Positions 18,920 to 28,185 of a stretch of DNA of 32,351 nt are shown piece after piece. Source of the stretch: Actibacterium sp. (GTDB taxonomy: Bacteria > Pseudomonadota > Alphaproteobacteria > Rhodobacterales > Rhodobacteraceae); assembly GCF_041584535.1 (NCBI RefSeq), contig NZ_JBFHDW010000001.1, forward strand, positions 1-32,351, read 5' to 3'. Position 1 is the first letter of the stretch. Each line of letters begins with the position of its first letter. The position numbers and the translations under genes were made by a program. The notes under the pieces were generated by a model that saw only the letters and a list, made by a program, of their open reading frames with translations, was not told the origin of the DNA and did not search any database.

Positions 18920-19821
18920 GCGCGCTGGGCAAGACCGTTCTGGCGCTGGTGATCGGCGATGTTCAGGCCGATCGCGTGGTGCCGCCGACCGGGTTCACCG
19001 TGCAGCTGACCGTATTCACCTCGGCGGCGATGGCGTTTCTGGCGGTGTTCGCGCTGGCGCTGTCGATGGCCTCGGGGCGGCTGGCGGATCGCTGGGCCGA
19101 CGCGCTGGCGCGGACGGCGACGGTGCGGATCTCGGCCCCGCAAGGGCAGATGCAGGCCCAGACCGACGCGGTGATGGCGATTCTGTGGACCACGCCCGGC
19201 GTGGCCGATCCGCGGGTTCTCAGCGCCGAAGAACAACGCGCCCTGCTAGAGCCGTGGTTCGGCCCCGATCTGCCGGTGGACCGGCTGCCGCTGCCGCAAC
19301 TGATCGAATTGACCGAAACCGAGGACGGGTTTGATGCCGAGGGCCTGCGCCTGCGGCTGGCGGCCGAGGCGCCGGGCGCGGTTCTGGACGATCATTCGCG
19401 CTGGCGCCGGCCCTTGGTGCGGGCAGCGGATCGGCTGAGGTTGCTGGGTCTGGTCTCGATCGGCTTGATCGCGCTGGCGACGGCGGCGATGATTACCCTG
19501 TCGGCCAATGCGGCGCTGTCGGCCAATGCGCAGGTGATCAAGGTGCTGCGGCTGGTGGGGGCGCGCGACGTCTATATCGCCCGCGCCTTCGTGCGCCGGT
19601 TCAGCGGTCGCGCCCTGTTGGGGGCGGCGGTCGGCACGGCGTTGGGCATGGTGGCGGTGGCGCTGTTGCCGGGGGCCGATCCGGCGGGCGGGTTCCTGAC
19701 CGGGCTGGGCTTTCACGGCGCGGGCTGGATCGTGCCGCTGCTGATTCCGCCGCTGGCGGCCTTTGTTGCATTCTGGGCGACCCGCATCGCCGCGTTTCGC
19801 ATGTTACAGGAGATTACCTGA
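18916..19821 (+). CDS. ftsX: Cell division permease FtsX
   Basis: TM1, periplasmic domain (LLEPWFG..LP.P.LI), then three TMs with VLRLVGA..YIARAF; ATGA overlap with ftsE. Confidence 0.88.
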   Translation: MSALGKTVLALVIGDVQADRVVPPTGFTVQLTVFTSAAMAFLAVFALALSMASGRLADRWADALARTATVRISAPQGQMQAQTDAVMAILWTTPGVADPRVLSAEEQRALLEPWFGPDLPVDRLPLPQLIELTETEDGFDAEGLRLRLAAEAPGAVLDDHSRWRRPLVRAADRLRLLGLVSIGLIALATAAMITLSANAALSANAQVIKVLRLVGARDVYIARAFVRRFSGRALLGAAVGTALGMVAVALLPGADPAGGFLTGLGFHGAGWIVPLLIPPLAAFVAFWATRIAAFRMLQEIT

Positions 19822-20555
19822 TGGCTTATGGCTGGCGCTGGCTGAGATCGCTGCTTTTCATCGCTCAGATGTATCTGATGATGCTGGTCTATGGCCTGCT
19901 GTTCATCCTCCCGGCGATGCTGTCACGGGACTGGGCGTTTCGCGGTGTGCATGCCTATTGCCACTGGGTGCGCTGGACAGCGTCCTGGATGGTCGGGCTG
20001 CGCTCGGAAATCCGGGGCGAGGTGCCGGACGACGAGGTTCTGGTCGCCTCAAAGCACCAGTCGTTCTTTGACATCATCCTGATCGTGTCAGTGCTGCCGC
20101 GCCCGAAATTTATCATGAAGAAATCCCTGACCCGCGCCCCGATTCTGGGCTGGTATGCCAAGCGCATCGGCTGTGTGCCGGTCGATCGCGGCAAGCGCGG
20201 GCAGGCGATCAAGACCATGGTCGCCGCCGTGCACGAAGGGCGCCAGCAGCCCGGCCAGTTGATCATCTATCCGCAGGGCACGCGCGTCGCGCCCGGGGTC
20301 GAGCGGCCTTACAAGATCGGAACCGGCGTGTTGTATGCCCAGTTGAAAGAGGATTGCGTCCCCGCCGCGACCAATGTCGGCGTGTTCTGGCCGCGTCGCG
20401 GGATCTATCGCAAACCCGGTCTGGCAGTGGTCGAGTTTCTGCCGCGCATCGGCTCGGGTCAGCCGATCGACGCCTTCATGGCCGAGCTGGAGCATGTCGT
20501 GGAACATGCCTCGGACGCGTTGATGGCCGAAGCCGGATTTAAGGTGAAAGCCTAA
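19821..20555 (+). CDS. plsC: 1-acyl-sn-glycerol-3-phosphate (lysophospholipid) acyltransferase
   Basis: KHQSFFD (HX4D), VDRG, IYPQGTR motifs; TGATG overlap with ftsX. Confidence 0.82.
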   Translation: MAYGWRWLRSLLFIAQMYLMMLVYGLLFILPAMLSRDWAFRGVHAYCHWVRWTASWMVGLRSEIRGEVPDDEVLVASKHQSFFDIILIVSVLPRPKFIMKKSLTRAPILGWYAKRIGCVPVDRGKRGQAIKTMVAAVHEGRQQPGQLIIYPQGTRVAPGVERPYKIGTGVLYAQLKEDCVPAATNVGVFWPRRGIYRKPGLAVVEFLPRIGSGQPIDAFMAELEHVVEHASDALMAEAGFKVKA

Positions 20556-20573
20556 GCCAGGGTCGGCAGCCGA

Positions 20574-21533
20574 TCAGGCAGCCAGACCCTTGCTGCCGAT
20601 CGACAGGAATTTCTGCCGCCGGTCCTGAATCAGCCCCTTGCGGTCCTTGCCTTTCAGATCGCCCAGCATCGCCGACAGCGCGCTGCCGACCGATTTGATC
20701 GCGGCGTCGCGGCCGCGATGGGCGCCGCCCAGCGGTTCGGTGATGATGCGGTCGATCACGCCCAGCTTGTGCAGGTCCTGCGCGGTCAGGCGCAGCGCCT
20801 CGGCGGCCTCGCGCATCTTCTCGGCATCCTTCCACAGGATCGAGGCACAGCCCTCGGGCGAGATCACCGAATAAACCGAATGTTCCAGCATCGCCACGCG
20901 GTTGGCGGTGGCAAAGGCCACGGCCCCGCCCGATCCGCCTTCGCCGATCACGACGCTGACCAGCGGCACGCCGATCTCAAGACATTTCTGGGTGCTGCGG
21001 GCGATGGCCTCGGACTGGCCGCGTTCCTCGGCGCCTTTGCCGGGATAGGCGCCGGGGGTGTCGACCAGCGTGATAACGGGCAGGTTGAACTTGTCGGCCA
21101 TCTCCATCAGGCGGATCGCCTTGCGATAGCCTTCGGGGCGGGCCATGCCGAAATTGCGCTCGATCCGGGTCTTGGTGTCTGACCCCTTTTCCTGACCGAT
21201 CACCACGACCGGCTGATCGTTGAACCGGGCCAGACCGCCCATGACGGCGTGGTCATCGGCAAAATTCCGGTCGCCGGCCAGCGGCGTATATTCGGTGAAC
21301 AGCGCCTGAATATAGTCCTGACAATGCGGGCGGTTCGGGTGGCGGGCCACCTGACATTTGCGCCACGGGGTCAGGTGGGCATACATTTCCTTCAGCAGGT
21401 CAGCGGCTTTCTTGTCCAGCGCCGCCGCCTCTTGCTTGACGTCCATCCCGGAATTGGACGCCGCCATGGCGCGCAGTTCTTCGGCTTTGCCTTCGATTTC
21501 GGCCAAGGGCTTTTCGAATTCGAGATAGTTCAT
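20574..21533 (-). CDS. accA: Acetyl-CoA carboxylase carboxyltransferase alpha subunit
   Basis: [59 protein letters not shown]. Confidence 0.97.
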   Translation of the reverse strand: MNYLEFEKPLAEIEGKAEELRAMAASNSGMDVKQEAAALDKKAADLLKEMYAHLTPWRKCQVARHPNRPHCQDYIQALFTEYTPLAGDRNFADDHAVMGGLARFNDQPVVVIGQEKGSDTKTRIERNFGMARPEGYRKAIRLMEMADKFNLPVITLVDTPGAYPGKGAEERGQSEAIARSTQKCLEIGVPLVSVVIGEGGSGGAVAFATANRVAMLEHSVYSVISPEGCASILWKDAEKMREAAEALRLTAQDLHKLGVIDRIITEPLGGAHRGRDAAIKSVGSALSAMLGDLKGKDRKGLIQDRRQKFLSIGSKGLAA

Positions 21534-21725
21534 CAGGGTGCTCCTGCTGGTGGTCGTGGATTATATGACCTGAGGCCAATGCTTTTGCAACCGATGCCGC
21601 GAAGGCAGTGCCGCCGGAATGAAAAAAGCTGGAAATACCGGAAAAAACGAGATTCTGCGCATCGCCCCAAGGGGATGCGCCGCGCCGGATGATCCGTTGG
21701 CCGATCTGTTTCGACCCCGGAAATG

Positions 21726-21753
21726 AAAAACGGGGCCACGCGGGCCCCGTTTT
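21726..21753 (-). terminator. Rho-independent (bidirectional-looking) terminator after mcl1
   Basis: AAAAACGGGGCC-ACGCG-GGCCCCGTTTT. Confidence 0.8.
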
Positions 21754-21774
21754 CCTGAGTGCTGTGCGAACGGC

Positions 21775-22737
21775 TTAGCTGTTCGCGGCGATCAGTTCCG
21801 ACTGGGCCACGATCACCTCGGCCTGCTTGATGCTGGCGATGTCGACCAGACGGCCCTTGTAGACGGTTGCGCCTTCGCCATTGGCCTTGGCCTGTTCCAT
21901 CGCGGCCAGAATCTCGCGGGCCTCAAGCACGGCTTCTTCCGACGGGGTGAAGACCTGATTGGCCAGCGCGATCTGTTTCGGGTGAATCGCCCATTTGCCG
22001 ACCATGCCCAGCGTGGCCGAGCGTTTCGCCTGTGCGATAAAGCCTTCGTCATCCGAGAAATCGCCGAACGGGCCATCGACCGGCAGAATGCCGTGGGTGC
22101 GGCAGGCGGCGACGATGGCGGCTTGCGCCCAGTGCCACGGATCGGACCAATGCTTTACGCCGTCGCGCAGCATGTAATAGTTTTCCTGCGTGCCACCGAT
22201 GCCGGTGGTCTGCATCCCCATCGAGGCGGCAAAGTCGGCGGCGCCAAGGCTGATGGCCTGCAGGCGCGGGCTGGAGGCGGCGATGGCCTCGACATGGGCG
22301 ATACCGGCGGCGGATTCGATGATGACCTCGAACGAGATCGGCTTGGTCCGGCCCTTGGCGCGCTCGATCGCGGTGACCAGCGCATCAACGGCATAGACGT
22401 CTTCGGCACAGCCGACCTTGGGGATCATGATCTGATCCAGACGGTCGCCCGCCTGTTCCATCACATCGACCACGTCACGATACCAATAGGGCGTGTCCAG
22501 ACCGTTGATCCGCACCGACAGGTATTTGCTGCCCCAATCGACGGTGTTGATCGCCTCGATCACGTTGGCGCGGGCGCTGTCCTTGTCCGAGGGCGCAACC
22601 GAATCTTCAAGATCAAGGTTGATGACGTCGGCGGCGCTGGCGGCCATTTTGGCGAACAGCTTGGTGTTCGAGCCGGGGCCAAACAACTGACAGCGGTTGG
22701 GGCGGGCCGGGGCGGCGGGCTGAATGCGAAAGCTCAT
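21775..22737 (-). CDS. mcl1: L-malyl-CoA/beta-methylmalyl-CoA lyase
   Basis: MSFRIQPAAPARPNRCQLFGPGS, LDLEDSVAP, VRINGLD, DGPFGDFSD, GKWAIHPKQI; closely resembles Rhodobacteraceae Mcl1; AAGGGA RBS. Confidence 0.9.
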   Translation of the reverse strand: MSFRIQPAAPARPNRCQLFGPGSNTKLFAKMAASAADVINLDLEDSVAPSDKDSARANVIEAINTVDWGSKYLSVRINGLDTPYWYRDVVDVMEQAGDRLDQIMIPKVGCAEDVYAVDALVTAIERAKGRTKPISFEVIIESAAGIAHVEAIAASSPRLQAISLGAADFAASMGMQTTGIGGTQENYYMLRDGVKHWSDPWHWAQAAIVAACRTHGILPVDGPFGDFSDDEGFIAQAKRSATLGMVGKWAIHPKQIALANQVFTPSEEAVLEAREILAAMEQAKANGEGATVYKGRLVDIASIKQAEVIVAQSELIAANS

Positions 22738-23024
22738 AGGCTGTCCCTTTGGTAATGATGTTACGTTTGCGTTCCGGCATTCGATAGAATATTGCGTGGG
22801 TCGCTTCAAGTCTTGATTTGCTGCAATCGCATCATTGCTGCCGCGTCGCAGCAAGGATTCGCGCCCTGCCGATCCCGCCCGCACACGATTTTCCCACGGA
22901 ATGCCCGGTCCGGCGCAGGAAATTGCGCGGCACAGCCCGAAGCCTGAGCAGATTCGGAACACCTTTCCGGCGCACGCGCTAGCTTGGTCGTAACGCTTTT
23001 ATGACCGCAGACAGGACCGCCGAG

Positions 23025-24026
23025 ATGATCAAAACTCCTTATCTTCTGTTTCTGGGCGACGCGCCCGATCCGCTGGCCGCCAAGGTGGCGCAGGGCATTC
23101 GTGACTGGCGGCCGGAAAACGCTGTCGGCCAGTATCGGATGCCGGGCTGTCAGGCCGATATGCGCCTGCCCGACATGACCTTGGCCCAAGCCCGCGCCGC
23201 CGGGGCGCAGACCTTGGTGATCGGGGTCGCCAACCGGGGCGGGGTCATCAGCCCGGCTTGGAAAAAAGTGCTGATCGCGGCGCTGGAAGAGGGGTTCGAT
23301 CTGGCCTCGGGCCTGCACAACCTGCTGCGGGACGAACCCGATCTGGCCGCTGTGGCGGCCGCTTGTGGTCGGCAATTGCACGATGTCCGGGTGCCTTCGG
23401 TCGCCTATCCGATCGCCAATGGCGAAAAGCGGACCGGCAAGCGCTGCCTTGCCGTGGGCACGGATTGCTCGGTCGGCAAGATGTATACCGCGCTGGCAAT
23501 GGACCGGGTGATGCAGGCGCGGGGGATGAAGTCGACCTTTCGCCCCACTGGCCAGACCGGGATTCTGATCACCGGCGATGGTGTGCCTTTGGATGCGGTC
23601 GTGGCCGATTTCATGGCCGGGGCGGTGGAATGGCTGACCCCCGATAACGACCCCGACCACTGGGACATGATCGAAGGGCAGGGCAGCCTGTTCCATGTCT
23701 CGTATTCCGGCGTCACCATGGCGTTGATCCACGGCGGCCAGCCCGACGCGCTGATTCTGTGTCACGAACCGACCCGCACCCATATGCGCGGCTTGCCGGG
23801 CTATGATCTGCCCAGCCTTGAAACCCTGCGCGACACCGCGCTGCCGCTGGCGCGGATTGCCAATCCGGCCTGTCAGGTGGTGGGGATTTCGGTGAATACC
23901 CAGCACATGGACGACGCCGAGGCCCGCCGTTATCTGGCCGAGGTCGAAGCCCGCATGGGCCTGCCCGCTGTCGATCCGTTCCGCCATGGCGCAGACCGTC
24001 TGGTCGACGCGCTGGCGGCGATCTAA
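23025..24026 (+). CDS. dgcN: DUF1611 family D-glutamate N-acetyltransferase DgcN
   Basis: PYLLFLGD, GVANRGG, ASGLH, P-loop-like GTDCSVGKMYT, TGQTG, DFMAGAVE, EGQGSL; upstream of an enolase-superfamily racemase. Confidence 0.85.
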   Translation: MIKTPYLLFLGDAPDPLAAKVAQGIRDWRPENAVGQYRMPGCQADMRLPDMTLAQARAAGAQTLVIGVANRGGVISPAWKKVLIAALEEGFDLASGLHNLLRDEPDLAAVAAACGRQLHDVRVPSVAYPIANGEKRTGKRCLAVGTDCSVGKMYTALAMDRVMQARGMKSTFRPTGQTGILITGDGVPLDAVVADFMAGAVEWLTPDNDPDHWDMIEGQGSLFHVSYSGVTMALIHGGQPDALILCHEPTRTHMRGLPGYDLPSLETLRDTALPLARIANPACQVVGISVNTQHMDDAEARRYLAEVEARMGLPAVDPFRHGADRLVDALAAI

Positions 24027-24035
24027 GGTGCGGAC

Positions 24036-24998
24036 ATGGATCTAAGCGTTACCTCTGACACCTTTCGATTGGCGCAAGCCTTTACCATCTCGCGCGGATC
24101 GAAAACCGCAGCCGAGGTGCTGACCGTGCGCGTCAGCAATGGCGCGCATCAGGGCTGGGGCGAATGCGTGCCCTATGCCCGTTATGGTGAAACACTGGAC
24201 ACGGTCCGGGCACAAATCCTGACCGCACAGGGGCTGGACCGCGCGGCGCTGCAATTGGCGCTGCCTGCGGGGGCCGCCCGAAACGCGGTCGATTGCGCGC
24301 TGTGGGATCTTGAGGCCAAGGCGGCCGGTGCGCGCGCGTGGCAACTGGCCGGCCTGCCGACGCCGACCGCGCAGATCACCGCCTATACCCTGTCGCTGGA
24401 CACGCCCGAGAACATGCGCGCCGCCGCAGCGGCGAATGCCCATCGCCCGCTTCTGAAAATCAAACTTGGCACACCCGACGACATGCCCCGGCTTGAGGCC
24501 GTGCGTGCCGGAGCCCCGCAGGCGCGGATCATCGTCGATGCCAACGAAGGCTGGAGCGCCGAGGTCTATTCCGACCTCGCCCCGCACCTGCTGCGGCAAG
24601 GCGTCGAGATGGTCGAGCAACCCTTGCCCGCCGGTGCCGATGACATGCTGGCCGAAATCGCCCGGCCGCTGCCGGTCTGCGCCGATGAAAGCTGCCATGA
24701 TCGCGCATCGCTGCCGGGGTTGCGCGGCAAATACGACATGGTGAACATCAAGCTGGACAAGACCGGCGGCCTGACCGAGGCGCTGGGGCTGCGTGATGCC
24801 GCCCGCGCGATGGGCTTTGACGTCATGGTTGGCTGCATGATCGGATCCAGCCTTGCCATGGCCCCGGCGACCCTGTTGGCGCAGGGCGCGACTGTAACAG
24901 ACCTTGACGCGCCGCTTCTTCTGTCCGAAGACCGCGAGACACCGCTGATTTATGACCGAACCGGGGTGCATCCGCCAAGCGCGGCACTCTGGGGCTGA
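24036..24998 (+). CDS. dgcA: N-acetyl-D-Glu racemase DgcA / L-Ala-D/L-Glu epimerase family
   Basis: FTISRGSKT, GECVPY, ARNAVDCALWDL, KIKLG, DANEGW, EQP, DES, NIKLDKTGG, DLD. Confidence 0.85.
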   Translation: MDLSVTSDTFRLAQAFTISRGSKTAAEVLTVRVSNGAHQGWGECVPYARYGETLDTVRAQILTAQGLDRAALQLALPAGAARNAVDCALWDLEAKAAGARAWQLAGLPTPTAQITAYTLSLDTPENMRAAAAANAHRPLLKIKLGTPDDMPRLEAVRAGAPQARIIVDANEGWSAEVYSDLAPHLLRQGVEMVEQPLPAGADDMLAEIARPLPVCADESCHDRASLPGLRGKYDMVNIKLDKTGGLTEALGLRDAARAMGFDVMVGCMIGSSLAMAPATLLAQGATVTDLDAPLLLSEDRETPLIYDRTGVHPPSAALWG

Positions 24999-25009
24999 GG
25001 GAGATGACC

Positions 25010-25873
25010 ATGAGCCGCATTGTTTACCTGAACGGGGATTACCTGCCCGAGGAAGAGGCCAAGGTCTCGATCTTTGACCGTGGCTTTCTGATGGCCGATG
25101 CGGTGTATGAGGTAACGGCGGTTCTGGACCGCAAGCTGACCGATTTCGAAGGCCATGTGGCGCGTCTGGACCGGTCGCTGAACGAACTGGGCATGGCCAT
25201 GCCGCTGACCCGCGACGAATTGCTTGAGGTTCACCGTGAACTGGTCAAACGCAACGATGTGGTTGATGGCGGGGTTTACCTGCAAATCACCCGTGGCGCC
25301 CCGTCGGACCGCGATTTCGTGTTCCCCGACCCGGAAACCACGCCGCAGACCGTGGTGCTGTTCACCCAGTCCAAGCCCGGCATCGCCAACAGCCCGGCCG
25401 CGAAAACCGGCATCAAGGTGATCTCGATCGAAGACCTGCGCTGGCATCGCCGCGACATCAAGACGGTGCAACTGCTGTATCCGTCGATGGGCAAGATGAT
25501 GGCCAAGGCCGCAGGCTGTGACGATGCGTGGATGGTCGAGGATGGCAAGGTCACCGAGGGCACCAGCAACAACGCCTATATCGTCAACGGCAACAAGATC
25601 ATCACCCGTGAACTGAGCCACGACATCCTGCACGGCATCACCCGTGCCGCCGTGCTGCGCTATGCCCGCGAGGCCCAGATGGAAGTCGAAGAGCGCGCCT
25701 TTTCGATCGCCGAGGCACAGGCCGCGGACGAGGCGTTCATCACCTCGGCCTCGACCTTTGTCATGCCGGTGGTGGAAATCGACGGTGCGAAAATCGGCAC
25801 CGGCACGCCCGGCCCGGTCGCAGCGCGCCTGCGCGAGATCTATCTGGACGAAAGCATGAAAGCGGCGATCTAA
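25010..25873 (+). CDS. dat: D-amino acid aminotransferase (PLP fold type IV)
   Basis: SIFDRGFLMADAVYEV, YLQITRG, RWHRRDIKT, EGTSNN, ILHGITR, FITSAS. Confidence 0.88.
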   Translation: MSRIVYLNGDYLPEEEAKVSIFDRGFLMADAVYEVTAVLDRKLTDFEGHVARLDRSLNELGMAMPLTRDELLEVHRELVKRNDVVDGGVYLQITRGAPSDRDFVFPDPETTPQTVVLFTQSKPGIANSPAAKTGIKVISIEDLRWHRRDIKTVQLLYPSMGKMMAKAAGCDDAWMVEDGKVTEGTSNNAYIVNGNKIITRELSHDILHGITRAAVLRYAREAQMEVEERAFSIAEAQAADEAFITSASTFVMPVVEIDGAKIGTGTPGPVAARLREIYLDESMKAAI

Positions 25874-25879
25874 GCGTCC

Positions 25880-26278
25880 TCAGCGTTTGGTATAGCTATA
25901 GGACAGGCAGCCGGTTTCGGGATCCAGACTGCGATCGACGTTTTCGATCATCCAGGGCAGATCCTCGAAATCGGCGCAGACCTGATAGGCTGTGTCTGAC
26001 ACTTTCTCATAGCGATATGGGGTGCCGGTATAGGGATCGCCGATGCGCAATTCGCGTCGGCAGGCCTCGAACGGGGCCAGCGTGTCGGGCAGGGTTTTCG
26101 CCTGAGTGTCGGCAACGCAGCGCACGAAGGTGCTGATTTCGCGCAGGTCGGAAAGCCGGGTCTGGTCACGTTTCTCGGTCCGGCCTTTCATCGGCCCGCC
26201 GACCGTAGCCAGCCCCGCCACCACCAGCGCGCCGACAAGGGCCGCGATCCCGATTTGAACAACGGTACTAGTGCGCAT
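25880..26278 (-). CDS. Hypothetical membrane-anchored protein with a pilin/pseudopilin-like periplasmic domain
   Basis: N-terminal TM, helix RDQTRLSDLREI, LPDTL, DPYTGTPYRY, four Cys; overlaps the upstream gene by 11 bp. Confidence 0.7.
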   Translation of the reverse strand: MRTSTVVQIGIAALVGALVVAGLATVGGPMKGRTEKRDQTRLSDLREISTFVRCVADTQAKTLPDTLAPFEACRRELRIGDPYTGTPYRYEKVSDTAYQVCADFEDLPWMIENVDRSLDPETGCLSYSYTKR

Positions 26279-26903
26279 CTTCGGCCTCGTTCATCTCAAT
26301 TCGGAAATAGGCAAAGACCAGTCCGGCGGTGATCGCCACAAGGGCAGATTTGCTGAAGAACCGCGCGGTCAGGTCGCCGTTGAGCAGCGCGTAGATCACC
26401 GCGATCAGATCGCCCAGCAGCGCGATCGAGGCTAGAAACAGCGTCACATAGCCGAACCATTTGCGTACGGCCGAGCGCCGCCGCGCCAGATCCTTCCGCG
26501 TGGCCCGAACCGCGCGGATGTTCAGGATCAGGAACAGCGGGAAGAACACCACCAGCATCGAGATCGCCCACCGGACGCTGCCGATACTATAGCCGCGCCG
26601 CCAGCCGGTAATGTCGGGCAGCCACAGATTGATCAGTTCGAACCCCAGCGTGGTGATGTTCCACGCCGTCATCGCCAGCGCGATGAACATCATGGCGTAA
26701 AAGAACGCCTCGGCGGCCGAGACATAGGGCCGGGGCCGGGGCACGGGCGGCACGAAATCGCCCTCGGCCCATGAGGCCAATGCGCTTGAAATCTCAGACG
26801 GCGCCCAGCCGGATTGTTTCAAAACCGTTTGTATCTGGTCACGCGAGTGCCCCTGTTTCAGGGCCTCCGCGACAAATTGCGTCAATTGCTCAGTCGGTCG
26901 CAT
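26268..26903 (-). CDS. DUF5671-like membrane protein
   Basis: N-terminal helical domain (L..FV.EAL..G.SR..I...L...GW), PVPRPRP, four TMs, SAVRKWFGYVTLF, LNGDLT.RF; AAGGGAGG RBS. Confidence 0.75.
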   Translation of the reverse strand: MRPTEQLTQFVAEALKQGHSRDQIQTVLKQSGWAPSEISSALASWAEGDFVPPVPRPRPYVSAAEAFFYAMMFIALAMTAWNITTLGFELINLWLPDITGWRRGYSIGSVRWAISMLVVFFPLFLILNIRAVRATRKDLARRRSAVRKWFGYVTLFLASIALLGDLIAVIYALLNGDLTARFFSKSALVAITAGLVFAYFRIEMNEAEDAH

Positions 26904-26972
26904 AAGTGTCCCTCCCTTCGCCAGATAAGGGAAAAAGGATACGTGGCCCGTGCAGGCGGGCTATGATTCAAA

Positions 26973-27287
26973 TCAAGTCTTGTCGGTGACGTTTTCCTTG
27001 AACGCGACCTCGAACGCCGCTTGTTTTTCCGGGCTGGCTTCGGTCTGGAATTTGGCGCGCCAATCTTCATAGGGCATGCCATAGAACGCCGCGCGGCCTT
27101 CGTCCTTGGTCATCGGGATGCCGCGTTCATTGGCGGCTTCCTGATACCAGCGGCTCAGGCAGTTGCGGCAGAACCCGGCAAGGTTCATCAGGTCGATGTT
27201 CTGAACATCGGTCCGGTCTTCCTGCAGGTGCTTTTGCAGGCGGCGAAAGGCGGCGGCCTCAAGTTCGATGCGGGTCTGGTCGTCCAT
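26973..27287 (-). CDS. DUF1244 family protein
   Basis: ELEAAAFRRL..HL..RTDVQNIDLMNLAGFCRNCLSRWY, YGMPYEDW; AAGGAG RBS. Confidence 0.9.
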   Translation of the reverse strand: MDDQTRIELEAAAFRRLQKHLQEDRTDVQNIDLMNLAGFCRNCLSRWYQEAANERGIPMTKDEGRAAFYGMPYEDWRAKFQTEASPEKQAAFEVAFKENVTDKT

Positions 27288-27298
27288 TGGTGTCTCCT

Positions 27299-28039
27299 TC
27301 AAAGTCCGGTTTTCGGCAGCACTTCGGTCAGAATTGCCGCCAGACGGTCAGCCCAGCCCGTTTGCTGCGCGTCGGTCTGGATCAGGTCGTTGCGCAATTC
27401 GATCAGCGCGCTGGGGCGGCCCTTGGTTTCGGCGTGGCGGTCGACGCTGTCGCCGGGCAGGTGGCCACCGTAGGGTTCGTTTTCACCGACGCACAGGTCG
27501 TGTTCCTGCCGCAGCCGCCAGATCAGCGGCCGCGCCAGCCGTTGGTCGGCCGCATGCAGGACACCGACATGCCACGGCCGGGGCGGGCGGCCGTTCAGCC
27601 GGGGTGTATAGCTGTGGATCGCCAACAGGATCACATCCTCGCGCCGGGCTGCCATGCGGTCGATCGCGTCGTGATAGGGGCGATAGAAATGGGCTTTGCG
27701 GCGCTCGATCTCGGCGGCGTCGGCGCGGGCGTTGCCGGGAATGATCGTGCCGTCATACAGTTTCATCACCAGCGTCGGGTCGTCTTCGCCCCGGTTCGGG
27801 TCGATCACCAACCGCGAGAAATTCGACAGCACCACCGGCGCGTTCAACTGCTGGCCCAACCGCAATGCCACGCCCTTGGCGCCCGGATCAAAGGCGATGT
27901 GGCGGGCCATGTCCTCGGGGTGGACGCCCAGACTGCCGCCGGCGACGCTGTCAGGCACAGTGTTTGCGGCATGGTCGCAGGTGATCAGCCAGCGGCTTGG
28001 GCGGTCCTCTCCGACGATTTCAAACGGGCGATAGGTCAT
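27299..28039 (-). CDS. N-formylglutamate amidohydrolase family protein
   Basis: TCDHA, RHIAFDPG, FSRLVIDPNR, YRPYH, IHSYTP, NEPY, LIELRNDLI. Confidence 0.88.
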   Translation of the reverse strand: MTYRPFEIVGEDRPSRWLITCDHAANTVPDSVAGGSLGVHPEDMARHIAFDPGAKGVALRLGQQLNAPVVLSNFSRLVIDPNRGEDDPTLVMKLYDGTIIPGNARADAAEIERRKAHFYRPYHDAIDRMAARREDVILLAIHSYTPRLNGRPPRPWHVGVLHAADQRLARPLIWRLRQEHDLCVGENEPYGGHLPGDSVDRHAETKGRPSALIELRNDLIQTDAQQTGWADRLAAILTEVLPKTGL

Positions 28040-28185
28040 CTGTCTGTCACCTTTGCGGGTCAAACCCCGATCTATGTCACCGAAGGCCAAAGCGCCAGTT
28101 GTCCTTGCGAATGTTAGCGCCTATCAATTGAACGAAACCCGCCGTTGCCAACCGGTTGCGCGCCCGCAGTAAGAGAAGCGAACGA

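Noticed and set aside
22738-22962. 75-aa N-terminal extension of mcl1
   Set aside because: The family N-terminus MSFRIQP has its own RBS at 22737; the extension covers the promoter region.
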